NCBI GenBank assembly: GCA_964247055.1
Contig: OZ176055.1
Coordinates: forward strand, 3,410,001 to 3,474,000
Direction: 5' to 3'
DNA: 64,000 nucleotides
Source of the DNA: Paragordius varius
Lineage: Eukaryota > Animalia > Nematomorpha
Both the position numbers and the translations under genes were made by a program. Under the pieces are notes generated by a model. The model saw only the letters and a list, made by a program, of their open reading frames with translations, made no database searches and had not been told where the DNA came from. Of this stretch, positions 26,041 through 38,232 are shown one piece after another. The stretch's first letter is position 1; each line of letters opens with the position of its first letter.

Positions 26041-27471
26041 ATGGGTGAAAGCGATATTTATGATTCTCCATATCCAGCCAAGTTTAATTCATATAATTTT
26101 AGAAAGAAATTATTTTTTTCTGAAATTAATCGAAATAGCGATGCATCACATTCCCCAACTGTAGCTACCAGCGGGATATGCTCTCTTGAAAATTTGTCAG
26201 TAGTAGCTATATCCACAAATTCCTCTATAGAGGATGAAAATTACAGTGTTTTATTCGAGGAAGTGGATAAAATTGAAGAAAATATTTACGATGATCCAAA
26301 AGAACTGCTGGTTATGAAAAAATGTTCATCGATACAAAGTTTAAATTTAAAAACTGATAATTTTAACCATAATAAAATTATAATAAAATTGATTGAACTT
26401 TGTAGTAAATGTTTATACTTCGATTCAGAATGGCCTAACAGCTGGCCAAATCTTTGTGATATATATATTTCCTTTCAAAAAATTGTTGAATATCCATCTG
26501 TGAGTTCTCTACCTAACTATACAGAAATTTACGGATCACTTCATATTATTAAAAACAATTGGGAGTATACTTTAAATATTATTAATCATTTTAAAACTAG
26601 TTTTGATGTTAACCTTAAACCTTTGTCTTCTCAAAGGCAAGCAAGCTTAAAGGTTAAAAACGGTTATCGAAGAAAATCTTTTAATGTCAAATCATCCCAG
26701 TTATTAAAACTACCAGTGACCTCATTTAATGAGATATATCATAAATTACGTCAAAACTTATGTCAAAATCCCAATTCGTCTCTATTAACTACAAAAGGTG
26801 TTAAAAAACCAATTGAGACCAAGACTTGGAGCTGTTTGGAGACTCATTGTCAAAATTTTATTCAAACTCTGCATAAAGCTTGTCATTTAATAATATCTAA
26901 ACTTATTTTCTCAGGTGATAATTTTAATGTAATTTTTCCAATTAACAAATCCAAAGCAACTAAAGATGAGTTTTCACATCCTACATTTAATGGCCAGAAC
27001 AATCCATTATACGATAGTTTAATACGTATTGCAGAAACATTTTTGTCCGATATTAAGCCAAATTTTTATATAATGATTGCTCAATATAGCAACATTCAAG
27101 CGATTGAAACCACCTCGTCTCAATCTATTCATTATATGTTCAACAATATTAATCATTGTATTAAATTAATTTTAAATCACATTTTTCTTACTATAAATTA
27201 TTTAAAACTAGTCATTTTACATAGTAATGATGATAAACAAGATTATATTCAACAAGTGAGTCAAAAACTAATCACAATTTTAATTATCTGTTCACATGAA
27301 CTAAATAATTTTCAGCAAAATTTTTCTCAAAATTTGTTTGATTCTAACAACTTAGCCACTGAAAATGACAATAATCTTAGATTGATAACAAATTTTGAGG
27401 AGGTGTCAAACGTAGTGGGACAAATTGCCCATGCCTATACTCTTTTAATTAAGGCTTTTACTTTTTTATAA
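26041..27471 (+). CDS. Uncharacterised 476-aa protein (single exon; YDxP motifs, helical C-terminus)
   Basis: A 1431-nt ATG-initiated stop-free ORF is unlikely by chance in DNA this AT-rich. No family could be recognised with confidence. Confidence 0.6.
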   Translation: MGESDIYDSPYPAKFNSYNFRKKLFFSEINRNSDASHSPTVATSGICSLENLSVVAISTNSSIEDENYSVLFEEVDKIEENIYDDPKELLVMKKCSSIQSLNLKTDNFNHNKIIIKLIELCSKCLYFDSEWPNSWPNLCDIYISFQKIVEYPSVSSLPNYTEIYGSLHIIKNNWEYTLNIINHFKTSFDVNLKPLSSQRQASLKVKNGYRRKSFNVKSSQLLKLPVTSFNEIYHKLRQNLCQNPNSSLLTTKGVKKPIETKTWSCLETHCQNFIQTLHKACHLIISKLIFSGDNFNVIFPINKSKATKDEFSHPTFNGQNNPLYDSLIRIAETFLSDIKPNFYIMIAQYSNIQAIETTSSQSIHYMFNNINHCIKLILNHIFLTINYLKLVILHSNDDKQDYIQQVSQKLITILIICSHELNNFQQNFSQNLFDSNNLATENDNNLRLITNFEEVSNVVGQIAHAYTLLIKAFTFL

Positions 27472-28009
27472 ATAGATATTTATGTATAATACCAACCGAT
27501 TGGTAGTCTATGCAGTATTTTTTGTTTTATTATTAACTTGTGATATGCTATTAATTTATTTATATATACTCTTACATTTCTTTTACATACCTAGTCAATC
27601 TCACGCAATCAATTAATTAAGCATTCGTTTACATTCCTGTACGATTTTTTATTTTGATACGAATGCTAATATAATACCATATTTTTAAATAAATTAAATA
27701 ATTGGTTTTTTATATCCTTGTAATAATTGGAAGTAACATTATCACAATAAACTCAACTAACTGTATGGTTAAATGAAATATCTTTGACAGCAAATTTTGT
27801 CAATCAATGAATTGATTGTATCGAAACATAATAATCCGTTTATTTATTTTATTGATTGTATCAAAGCATATTTTGTTTATTTATTTTCCATTCTAAATGC
27901 TAAAAAATTGGTCAATTTTAACATTATAAAGTGTGAGACTTTTTTGAAGTAAAATTCTTTTGCAAGATATTTTTATCTAGTACATATGTCCTATCGATAA
28001 TCGCAAAGT

Positions 28010-28860
28010 AACATCCGTTTTAAACGACACACGAAAAGAGATATTGTATCTAATTTTGACGACTAATGAAAAGTGGCGTATTTTGTAAATCTAAAAGGGG
28101 AAATAATTGTGGCTTTCAGTTGTTACGGTTTATCAATATTAAGACAAATCGCTTCGTCTCCATGCTCCGTGGGTGAAACCAGAGCTATATTGTGCATCAT
28201 GAATTTTTGAAGCCTGTACACAACGCTATCGTCAATAAATGAATAATTTAAACCAGGGATCGTTCAATACAAATGACTTCTGAGGCTATATTTTCGACTC
28301 AAACACCGGTTGGCCGCATTAGAAAAATATATGGCATTAATATTACACAGAAGAAGACGGTAAAATTATTTCAATGAAATATAACTATTTATAACAGTGA
28401 TTTTTTTTTTATAATTTTAATTGAATATTAAATTAATTTATTTGAAAAATATCAATTATAGTAAGATTTCTTCAGTATATTTTTGCGAATTTTGGATACA
28501 GTATTTATTTGGTGATTTTCAAACTTTTCAGAAACGTACAATATTTCAGCAAGCCACATATTGCCCGCGGGCCGTGTGCTGACCACCCCTAATTTAAACC
28601 ATGCATTAAAAGAAAATTACCGCAATGGGCCAGAAGATTTTACAAAGTTATTTTGCCACATGACGATGGTCCGCCTTACACTGCAAAACCAGCGAAAGAT
28701 ACCTTTATATCACTTTAATGGATAATCCTTTCGCATCTGCCGTATTCCCCTAACCTGATTTAACTATTATTTTTTCACATCAATAAAGTAAACGCTCGCA
28801 GAACCGCATTTCAAAATTTTCCAATAATGTTGAAAAATAAGTGGATGAATGCCTTCGGCA
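28010..28860 (+). pseudogene. Tc1/mariner transposase relic interrupted by a hAT MITE
   Basis: LTTNEKW (cf. IVTGDEKW), IVHHEFLKP, KVILPHDDGPPYTAK (cf. VILLHDNARPHTA) and LSHLPYSPNL (cf. LPHPPYSPDL), with stops and frameshifts. Ends approximate. Confidence 0.75.
28254..28591. mobile_element. hAT-type MITE nested in the mariner relic
   Basis: Starts CAGGG, ends ACCACCCCTA, with a perfect 8-bp TSD ATTTAAAC at 28246-28253 and 28592-28599. Removing it rejoins the mariner reading MNNLN|HALKE. Confidence 0.8.
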
Positions 28861-29490
28861 AAGAGAATCATTTCTGATTTCAGCTACCTTAGAGATGGGC
28901 GATATACGTAAAAACAGATGGAAAATATTTTAAAAACAAATTATTGATATTCCTTAAAATTGTTACATGTTGTTTTACGCCTAATAGCTATCGTAAAGCA
29001 GTGGGCCTGCTTGAAAAAGAAGCTATAATAAATAAAAAAGAATAATTCCTTTATTAATTATAATTTCTTTTATCCGTTTTGATTTAGAGTATGAATTAAA
29101 TTATCAGAGTTGTAGCGTTTACACTTGTCTCCCAAGGGCTGACAGTTATGATGGGAAAATTGCGCAGTTTCGGGGTTCGAAGTCTGGGAATTAGGCACAA
29201 ATACGACCACTTATTCCATCTCGTCTTCCATTATTTTCACAAATATTCTTTTTGCAAAACTATGAAAAAGTTTTTTCGATCGATTTAATTACGCTTTTGG
29301 CACATGTGGAGAAATGTGCTATTTGGCCATAGAAGACTGACTAATTACATACGACAAAAAGTTAATCATAATTAACATTAAAAAGATAAAACATAAAAGC
29401 ATCTGGGATTGAAGTTATATGCAGATCTTAGAACCTATTTATCGTTAGGAAAAAAAATTGAAGAAAGAAATCAAATAAAATAGATTTATA

Positions 29491-29496
29491 AAAAAA
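29491..29496 (-). terminator. RNA polymerase III oligo-T terminator of tRNA-Pro
   Basis: T6 on the minus strand directly after the tRNA 3' end. Confidence 0.8.
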
Positions 29497-29568
29497 GGGC
29501 TCAGCCGGGATTTGAACCCGGGACCTCACGCACCCGAAGCGCGAATCATACCCCTAGACCACTGAGCC
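29497..29568 (-). tRNA. trnP-CGG: tRNA-Pro, anticodon CGG
   Basis: GGCTCAGTGGTCTAGGGGTATGATTCGCGCTTCGGGTGCGTGAGGTCCCGGGTTCAAATCCCGGCTGAGCCC, 72 nt. Acceptor stem GGCTCAG/CTGAGCC, anticodon loop TT-CGG-GT and T-loop GTTCAAATC. Confidence 0.97.
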
Positions 29569-29671
29569 TAACGTGACTTGATGCGTGTACTATCCAATAT
29601 ATAAATCATAGTTAATAAATGAATGTAAAATTATTTTAAGCACATGGTTGTTTAGATGAAAATTTTTAGTT

Positions 29672-29929
29672 ATGATACCGCCTAGTCGAACTACCACAGG
29701 ACAACCATCCTGCTTTGATCGAATGAAAATGGGATTTACGATGGGTGCTTGCATAGGATTAGCAGCTGGTGGTTTATTTGCTGGATTTTCAGCTTTAAGG
29801 TAAAAGTGTTTTAATTTTAGGTATGGGTACCGTGGCAGAGAATTACTGTCTACCACGGCCAAAGTTATGCTTCAGTCTGCTGGTACATTCGGAACTTTTA
29901 TGGCAATTGGAACCGGGATACGATGCTAA
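29672..29929 (+). CDS. ROMO1: ROMO1 / Mgr2 (reactive oxygen species modulator 1), 2 exons, 78 aa
   Basis: join(29672..29799,29821..29929): [78 protein letters not shown]. The intron is 21 nt, GT-AG. Confidence 0.95.
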
Positions 29930-30382
29930 TTTTATTTTTATGAACCAAATCATTGTGATATCGCTGAATAAATATTTTACACATTATAAATTACTTTTTA
30001 TAAAGGAATTGGTTTCATACTAATTAATAAACTATGGATATGCTAAAAATATAAATGGTTTTTATTAATATTAAATTTGCTATTTTTATTTGGCCGTAAT
30101 CGGACTCACATAACTAATGGTGACAATATTACTATCTTAAAAAATAAAATATTATGCTTAAACTGAATTTTATTGGAAATAAATACCCATGTTAATTTTT
30201 AGCAGTCAGAGAAACTTAGTAGCATCAATTTTAAATAGTTTCACAGAGCCTTATATATTTTAGTAATTATTTAAATATAAGGATTAAATAATTTTTTGCT
30301 AGCTTATAACAATTCATCCTGTTCATCGGATTTAAATTTAAAATTTGAAAGATTTTGGTTCAATCCATAAATCATATGTACC

Positions 30383-31031
30383 ATGTCTATGATCAGAAAT
30401 TTTTGTTTTGAGGATCTTTTTTACATAAATCAAGTGTTTATATATTTTTAATTTAAAGGAATCTTGATCCCTTAACTGAAACAGTAAATTTATTTTTGTT
30501 CAATCTTAGTATGATCTCTGTTTTTATATGAAATATCTCATTCATTGGCCGTCATTGTTTAAAGTGGCTCAACATCCAAATGGTAGAATAATGGGATATA
30601 GTAAACTTGTTTTTAAAATAAAATTGAGTTATGGGCAAAATTGAGGGGCAACAAGAAAATTATCATGGACATGTTACGGCATTATCGATTGCGCCTGAGT
30701 ATAGAAGATTGGGTTTGGCTGACACCCTAATGAAACAGTTGGAAGATTATTCAGAAAGGTTTTAATCTTAAATATGCAGACAAAATTGTTATTTTGTAGA
30801 TTTATTTGTGCGATTATCAAATACAGTAGCTATATCAATGTACAAAAAATTGGGATATTCAGTCTATAGAAGAGTATTAAATTATTATTCGGGTGAATTC
30901 ACCGAAGATGCATTTGGTATATGTTTCCTAAATATTTTTTAATAGATATGCGCAAAGCACTCTCACGAGATATTGATAAAAAATCTATTATACCTCTCAC
31001 ACATCCAGTTACACCCGATGAATTAGATTGA
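30383..31031 (+). CDS. NAA20: NatB catalytic subunit NAA20, 6 exons, 173 aa
   Basis: join(30383..30435,30459..30483,30510..30600,30629..30758,30780..30916,30946..31031) = 522 nt. VNLDPLTETY...YIMGKIEG...HGHVTALSIAPEYRRLGLA...YFVDLFVRLSN...EDAFDMRKALSRD...IIPLTHPV. Introns are 23, 26, 28, 21 and 29 nt. Confidence 0.95.
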
Positions 31032-31337
31032 ATTTGTTGTGAAAACGCTTTTGATAAAAATAAATTTTTATGACTGTGCGTTTTAGCTAAAAGAGGATAA
31101 ATGCGAAATTAAAAACCGTAAATTACACTGCCTCCGAAATTCGGAGGGAAAATATCCTGATGAAATATATATTTTCTGACACCAAATGGCCCTTACGTGA
31201 AAGAAAGTTATTTATACTTTTATAATAACTGCTCTATATCAGAAACTGACAAAATTTGTGCACATTTTGTTATTTAAAATTTTTTTACTGGAAGCTAAAT
31301 GTTTCATTCTAAAAATTATCAGTTATATTATATACAT

Positions 31338-31631
31338 CAGTGGTTGCCAAAAAAAGGCATAGAAAAATCTGGTGGGGGCGCGAAAAGTTTGGATAATTTA
31401 TAAAAAAATAAAACTAAAAACAAATGGAAGGTTAATAAGCATCTCAGGTGCAAATAATCAAGAATTGTCCCTGACATGGAAAACTATTACAACAATTGCA
31501 AGCACAAGGAACTTATTGATTGTTATTCTTTACAATATAATAAATTTTGCATTTTTATTTTCGGGAGGAGAGGGGGCGCAAGAATTATTTTCAATTTTGT
31601 GGGACCTGATTAAAAAGGTTGGTAACCACTG
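31338..31631. mobile_element. hAT-type MITE
   Basis: TIRs CAGTGGTTGCCAA / TTGGTAACCACTG. Flanks ATATACAT / TACTACAT are a partial TSD match. Confidence 0.7.
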
Positions 31632-34600
31632 TACTACATATAAAAAGCAACATAAGAAAATTTTTAGTTGTGGGCTCAGAAAATCGCAATTTTTTCCGCC
31701 CTAAAATAGTGCTCTTAAAATAAACGCAAAAATGCCAAGAATGCGCAATAAAAATTTAAATATATGATGCAAAATGCATTTCAAAATTTAATCACGTGCA
31801 TTTTACTATTTTAAGCCATAATTGAAACGGTTTAAAACACTTTTATTAAATAGATGATCTTAACATCCCCCGAGAATTTTAATATAATCGTTCGTTATGA
31901 AATTTATGTTATATATGAAATATCTTTTAAAAACTCACCATAATGTTAAAGCAAACCACCTTTAAATTACATTTTGCGGTGACTAAATGTTCAGAATTAT
32001 CGTATATATATATATATATATATATACTAGCGTTTAATGAAGGGTAATATTTGGTGGACTTTAAAAAGATGACCATTATAAAAATAATTTTGGACGCTTA
32101 ATCTAAACATTAATGCACCAGTGCGTCAATTTCAATCGCCATGACATTAAATAAATCCAAATATATAGTTAAGTTATGCACACCTCCTAAAATACTAATG
32201 ATTTAGTGTGTTCCCGATATATTTTTTGGAGGCTCTTAGTTGACTCAAATTTGTGTCGAAAGATTGAAACGCAAACCTATTTATATAATTATATTTGCTT
32301 TTCTATCCTCGAATTTTAAAAACTGGTGGATTTCTTTTTATTTCAAAAAGAGCGCATATATTTCGATCGATGACATCAAACTAATCTAAAAGTTATAGTT
32401 CAATCCCCCCCACTTCGTTAACGTATACTGTTGGTAAGGAAAGATAGATATTCTTATCATATGTTACTTTTGCACTTCTTCACTGCAACCACCTTTTTTG
32501 ACAATGTTATTCGCTGTAATAGTTATTCTATTTTCATATATTTGCAAGACCTGTCCTCCTACTTATGCTTCTTGTATGCATATTACGATATACTATAGGT
32601 CTTTTATATATTCTTAAAATATTGTGTTTTATTTATCCATTTAAGCATTACAAAAGTCGATGTGTATGCATAATGTCTCTCGTCAAACATTTTTTTTGTT
32701 TGTGGTTGTTTCTGTGTTGGCAAACACCTCCTTTAAAAATCTCACCCCTCTCGCTTTGAATATAAAGTATAGGTCAGGGTCCAAGTGCGGCAATCAAAAA
32801 ATTTGGAAATCTTTATAAAAATATGCTCATAAAATCATAAAAAATTTATATGTCCTTAACATTTTTCTAAATAAGTCTATCCAGTTGGCAAGGGCTAAAA
32901 ATTTGTTTCAAATCTAATAAATTCTCTATGAATGCCCATATATATTTCGAATGCAGCCCTCGTATTCATTTGTTTTGGAGACCCCGGCTCTACAAGAACT
33001 ATTTCCTATTTATTTGAATGCTTTCACAAAATTAACCTAGTATTTTTTGGAGTACAAAAAAACTTTCTATATATATATATATATATATATATTGTTAAAT
33101 AGCAACTTTCTTTCTATTAATTGTGACTAATACCGAAATTAATTAATTTTATTTAGGATTGAAATGAGGAATGTTTTATCAAGGACAAAGGGGTTTGTAA
33201 AAATATTATTTTTGTCACATATCATTTCCAGGACTCCCTTAAATATCTTGACAAGGATGGCGCGTTCAGGCTGGGAACCACTGAGTTGTTTTGGTGACTG
33301 TTTTTGCACAGATATTATCAGTGTAGCTTGTGCGTTTAATTTCTTTAAGTACCCAATCTCAGTTTAAAAAAGCAGATGTTTTAAAGGAATTCAAAGATTT
33401 CGAGTTATGTATCCAATGACTAAATTTTTTTATTAGTTTGGAACCGCAATTCCGGTTTTAAAAACGGTTTCGGTAACTTTTTCCTTTCAAAACGGTTGCA
33501 TAAGCCTTTTATGGTTTTCGATGCCACAAAAACAGTTTAGTTCTAATCCCGGATATATTTGATTATTCGCTAAATTTATTTTTTATAAAGTGAACAGGTG
33601 CAAATTTATGAGCACTATATATCCTATGTTAATTATTATTACAATATAATTTTAGGGATTAAAACATATTAATTATGTGTTAGCCAAAAAATTATTATTA
33701 AGCTCTAAAAAATTAAATTTTATCCAATGGGAAAATTATAATTGCGCCGCTCTCTTTCATATTCAACAATTTTCAATTTATATGCATGAATAAAATAGAA
33801 ATATTTATTGTATGTAATTATGAATGAATTTAGATAGATAAAAATATTTATATCACATAACATAATTTAAAATTATATTATCTCTTTTTTATTTGTCGTC
33901 CAATATTTTATTTACTAATTAATATTATAATTAAATTTATTATAGTTTTTGAATTTCTGGCTTATTAATATTATTATCATTAAACATGATTAAATTTATT
34001 TATGCATATTTACAATTTATATGCATAAAAATAATTTTTTTAACGATATTTAAACACTTTTCCCACACTGTATTTCATTAATATTTATATTATTAAATAA
34101 AATCATCTCTTAAAATTTCAATATTCAATAAAATATTAACCTTTATTTAATTATTAAGATTAATATCTAAAAAATATTTTTTATGCCAAAAATTCATTTA
34201 AATATACATATTCATACATGTGTAAAAGACAATTAAAATTTTGAAATAATTGACCCTTTAATCTGCTTAATGCATTTACTTCAAAATTATTTTTCTTCAA
34301 ATTACAAGATTTTTTACACAATGAAACATTTTAATATTAATGATATTAAGTGGTGTTATAAACCTAATTAAATCTTGGGAATTAATGTTTATAAATGGAT
34401 AAAATCTTGTTAACAAAAGTTTTTTTATTTATCTTTACAATTAAAGCTAAAATGTAATTAATTTTACTTACGAGTAATTTGCATAATTAATATTAATATT
34501 CCCTGATATGAGATAAAAAACAGATATTATTATAGATGTCGAAAGTGTTTAAAATTATGTTTTGAAACAGTAACATTATCTAAACATTTCGAAAATATTG

Positions 34601-34884
34601 TTAAAAAGTTAAAATTGTTAAAAATACTTTTTTAATAAAAATGTGATCTGATTTTATAAATAGGTTTTATTCATTAATTAAGGGTTAGAGTCAGTTCTGG
34701 TCTCTTAAAAACAGCTCCAAAACCATTGAGGTCCACGTTCTAATAAAAACATTCCAAATACTAATTTTTATATCAAAGTAACCTAATACGAATTTTATTG
34801 CATCTTCTAATGTGTATTTCATGCAAGAAAATATCATTGTAATACTCATTTTTTTTATTACTAATAATTTAAGAGGCTCATAAC

Positions 34885-35577
34885 TAGGGTTGTGCATTTG
34901 ACTGCTTTTTCAAAAAAGTCCGGTCTGACCCGGTCAGACCATGGTCATGACCACTTTACCTAAGTAAATACCAGATATTGGTTTGTGAAAATAATGTTCT
35001 AACGACACTTGCGTTTCACTAATAATATGTTTTTTCATGAAAGTTTATTTTATACATTTTTTATATTTATTACAATATTTTCAACCAAATTTAATTAAGA
35101 ATTTTTTTAAAAAATTTTGTCACATTCTTGTGGCCTTTTGAATCTTCAAATTCATAGCTTTTAATACTGGATATTTCAAATAAATTTTACCTAATTTGTT
35201 TTACACTTTTTCATCATTGAAATATCCAATTATAAAATGTTTTAACGTTTTATTGATATATAGAATAATCGCTTTTGCAAAATGCTTGGTTGTTTTGTTT
35301 TTAAAAATAACTCGATATGCTAAATGCTAATGTTATAAGGATGCATGTTTAACAATTTTATATTGTAAAATAAGCTTGTTTAAATATTTGATTTATATTT
35401 TTTAAAAAGTATATAAAAACCAATAAAATCTTACTATCACTCTTCCAAAAAAAAATTTACCAGCAATTTTTAAAAAACAGCTGTTTTTTATATCACCATG
35501 GTCAAAAAATAATTAGTCACTGACCTGGTCATGACCCAGTCAATTGACCGGGTCATGACTTGGTCAGCACAACCCTA
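34885..35577. mobile_element. Non-autonomous hAT element (TAGGG termini)
   Basis: TIRs TAGGGTTGTGC / GCACAACCCTA, TSD CTCATAAC / CTCATAAT, and clustered palindromic GGTCATGACC / GACCnGGTC subterminal motifs at both ends. Confidence 0.8.
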
Positions 35578-35878
35578 CTCATAATTAATTAGCTGTTTAC
35601 TATATTACACTCGATAATATTTATGCAAAGAGCGTTAATTTCCATGTTTTTCCGCTCAGTCACGCCATAAAAGGCAATACTAAGTTGCTCTTCCTTTCTA
35701 AAATTTCTAAGGCTTTGATGGTTAAAATCAAACTTTGCGCGGGTTCGAAGTGATCAAAAATATAAATGTGAATACACTCAAAATATCGAATAATTTCTAT
35801 AGTGATAAAAAATCTCCAAAAACCTGTCTTTAAGACAATAATATGTAGGCCCATTCTAGTTCAATAATATATATATAT

Positions 35879-36978
35879 CAGGGCGCCGTGTTTTTTAAAC
35901 CCCCGTAAAAAATTTTTTGTGCAAAAAACTAAATCTCCAAATATTCAGAGCATTTTTCTCTTAAATTATGAGATTACCACAAATGAACTGTAATTTTATG
36001 ATCTTAAAATTAATCAAAATTTCTGGCACTTTTCAATTCAATTCACCATGGAATAGTATTATCAAATAGCATGGATTTTAACGGTTCCTAATTATAATAA
36101 AGCTAAAATTTTAGAAGAGTGTTTTTTATTAACCGGTGGGTAGTACGGCTCCATTATTAAACCGTATAAAAATAACCTGATTTGGAAGCAACATTTTTGT
36201 TAAGCTACGGGGCCATATACCAATTATGATTTTAGGTTTTTTTCATGTGTACGGACAAAAATATTAGTCGAGCTCTTTTTAAGTTAGTCTAAAAACACCA
36301 AATAAAGATATATGGCTTTGCAACTGTTTTCGCCCAAGTAAGATATGGACCAATAAAAGGTTCGATCTATTTTCAGTATTTAATAAAAAACTTTATCCAG
36401 CGCTTTTTTATTATCCGTTGCACCATATAAAAATAGCCGGGCGCCGCAAATGCTCGGTACGCCACTGTGTATCTTAATAAAAATTAAATTTGACAATTTT
36501 ATCTTTTGCTAGTTTTATGAGCTTATAAAAAGTAGTAATTTACAAAAACTGATAGCTTGAAAAAATATATAATATTGACAGTGGCGTACCGAGCATTTGC
36601 GGCGCCCGGGGCATAAAACTTTTATGGCGCCCCTCCCCCCCCTTTTTTTTAAAAGCCAATAAACAATTTAGTAAAAAAAATACAAACGTCTAAACACCAT
36701 AGATAAGACAGCACATTCATATAAATTTTAAATCTATTAAATATATATATATATATATATATTTATATGATACTAAACTCATTCAATGGTACTAATTAGG
36801 TGAAAATAGAGCATATATTATAGGCATTATTACCTAAATTGTTGAAAAATCTCATTTGAAAGTTCTTATTATTTTTGCATAATAAAAATTTAATTTTAAA
36901 AAATCATTTAGGCGCCCCTAGATAACGGCGCCCGGGGCATGATGCACCCCCCTGCCCCCCCCCCCCCCCCTCGGTACG
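35879..36978. mobile_element. Pair of GGCGCC-rich MITEs with CAGTGGCGTACC termini, arranged head-to-head
   Basis: 31-bp perfect inverted repeat at 36437-36467 and 36579-36609. The second copy ends in ...CCCCTCGGTACG at 36978; the first copy's far end is uncertain. Confidence 0.6.
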
Positions 36979-38232
36979 TTCCTTAAGATACAACATATAT
37001 TTTCAATATTTGTAATTAGTTATCACCATAAATGCATGAATTGACGTGATACCGATTTCGACAGTCCAACTTAAAAGCCTATATATTATTTTAATAAAGA
37101 AACAATGTTAACATAAATATTTTTTAGAAACTCATGATCTCTCCTTGACTTTCATGCGCTTATCAAAATCGTTTGAGCTGAATCATGAGGAATTTTGTCT
37201 CTTCTAAAATCTATATTTAAATTTATTTTTTTCCAATAAAAAATATCCCAACATATTTTGTACGATGACTCAGATTTTTTTAATATTTACAATAATAATT
37301 AATTTGTCCCTATCATATTATTTTCATAAAAAGGCAGAAAATAACAAATTTATGAAACATAATTTATAAATTACTGGTATATCTAATTTCAATTATCATT
37401 ACAAATCAAGCGAAAAGCATAATTAGCTTTTTGAATCCATCATTTCTTATTTTTAAATTATTTAGCTAGGAGTATTATAACAAAAAAGAAATAATTTAAT
37501 TGTTTTCATCGCCAAATCTGTTGAAGATCTCTATCAAAATTAATAACTTTACCATTTTCTCAATAAAAAGCTAAATTTATTCAGAATTTCGCTATTGGTT
37601 TAATCGTAAAATCGTTCATCTTGTCTGTCACCACTTTTTTATGGGAAAATTTTTGATGTTGACAATAAGCTTTGATTTTATTATATAATTACGGATTACA
37701 CAATTTTTTTGATTATTTTTATGATTAGGATGACACTCTCATTTTATAAACTTATTATCTATAATGATATCTATTGTAGCGTAAAAAAACAATTTACATT
37801 CAGTAGTTTTAGATAAATGTTCAATATTTGCACCAGGAAAGCATTAAGAATTTAGATATCTTGCTTAACATAGTGTTTTATGAGATACTATTTAGTTATT
37901 ACACAGATTAGTAAGAGTAGAGTTGAAACAAAAACACAGATTTAAAGCCTGAGATAAAGATAGACAATGCAATGGACACAAAAGACATTTTTTGGATACT
38001 AATTATACTGATTATATCGACACTAGCTGGTTAAAAAAATTAGTTTTTTTTATTAAAATAATCTCTGTAATAAAAATTATGTAATTATTTTGGTTTTTTA
38101 ATTGATATATTTTTTATAAGGAGAAAGAGGACGATAGATAAATTTTATGGCTTTTACAAACGCTGGTGTTTGATATTAAATAATAGTATATATATCACGA
38201 TTATTTTACAATGTTTTTTCATTTAATTTTAA

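Noticed and set aside
29647-29669. GT...TTTTTAG just before the ROMO1 ATG (5' UTR micro-intron or trans-splice acceptor)
   Set aside because: Plausible but untestable without cDNA; equivalent acceptors are not consistently present before the other genes.
29800-30779. In-frame TAA codons within conserved genes, suggesting a variant genetic code
   Set aside because: All are explained by GT-AG micro-introns whose removal restores canonical protein lengths; TAA, TAG and TGA all serve as terminal stops.
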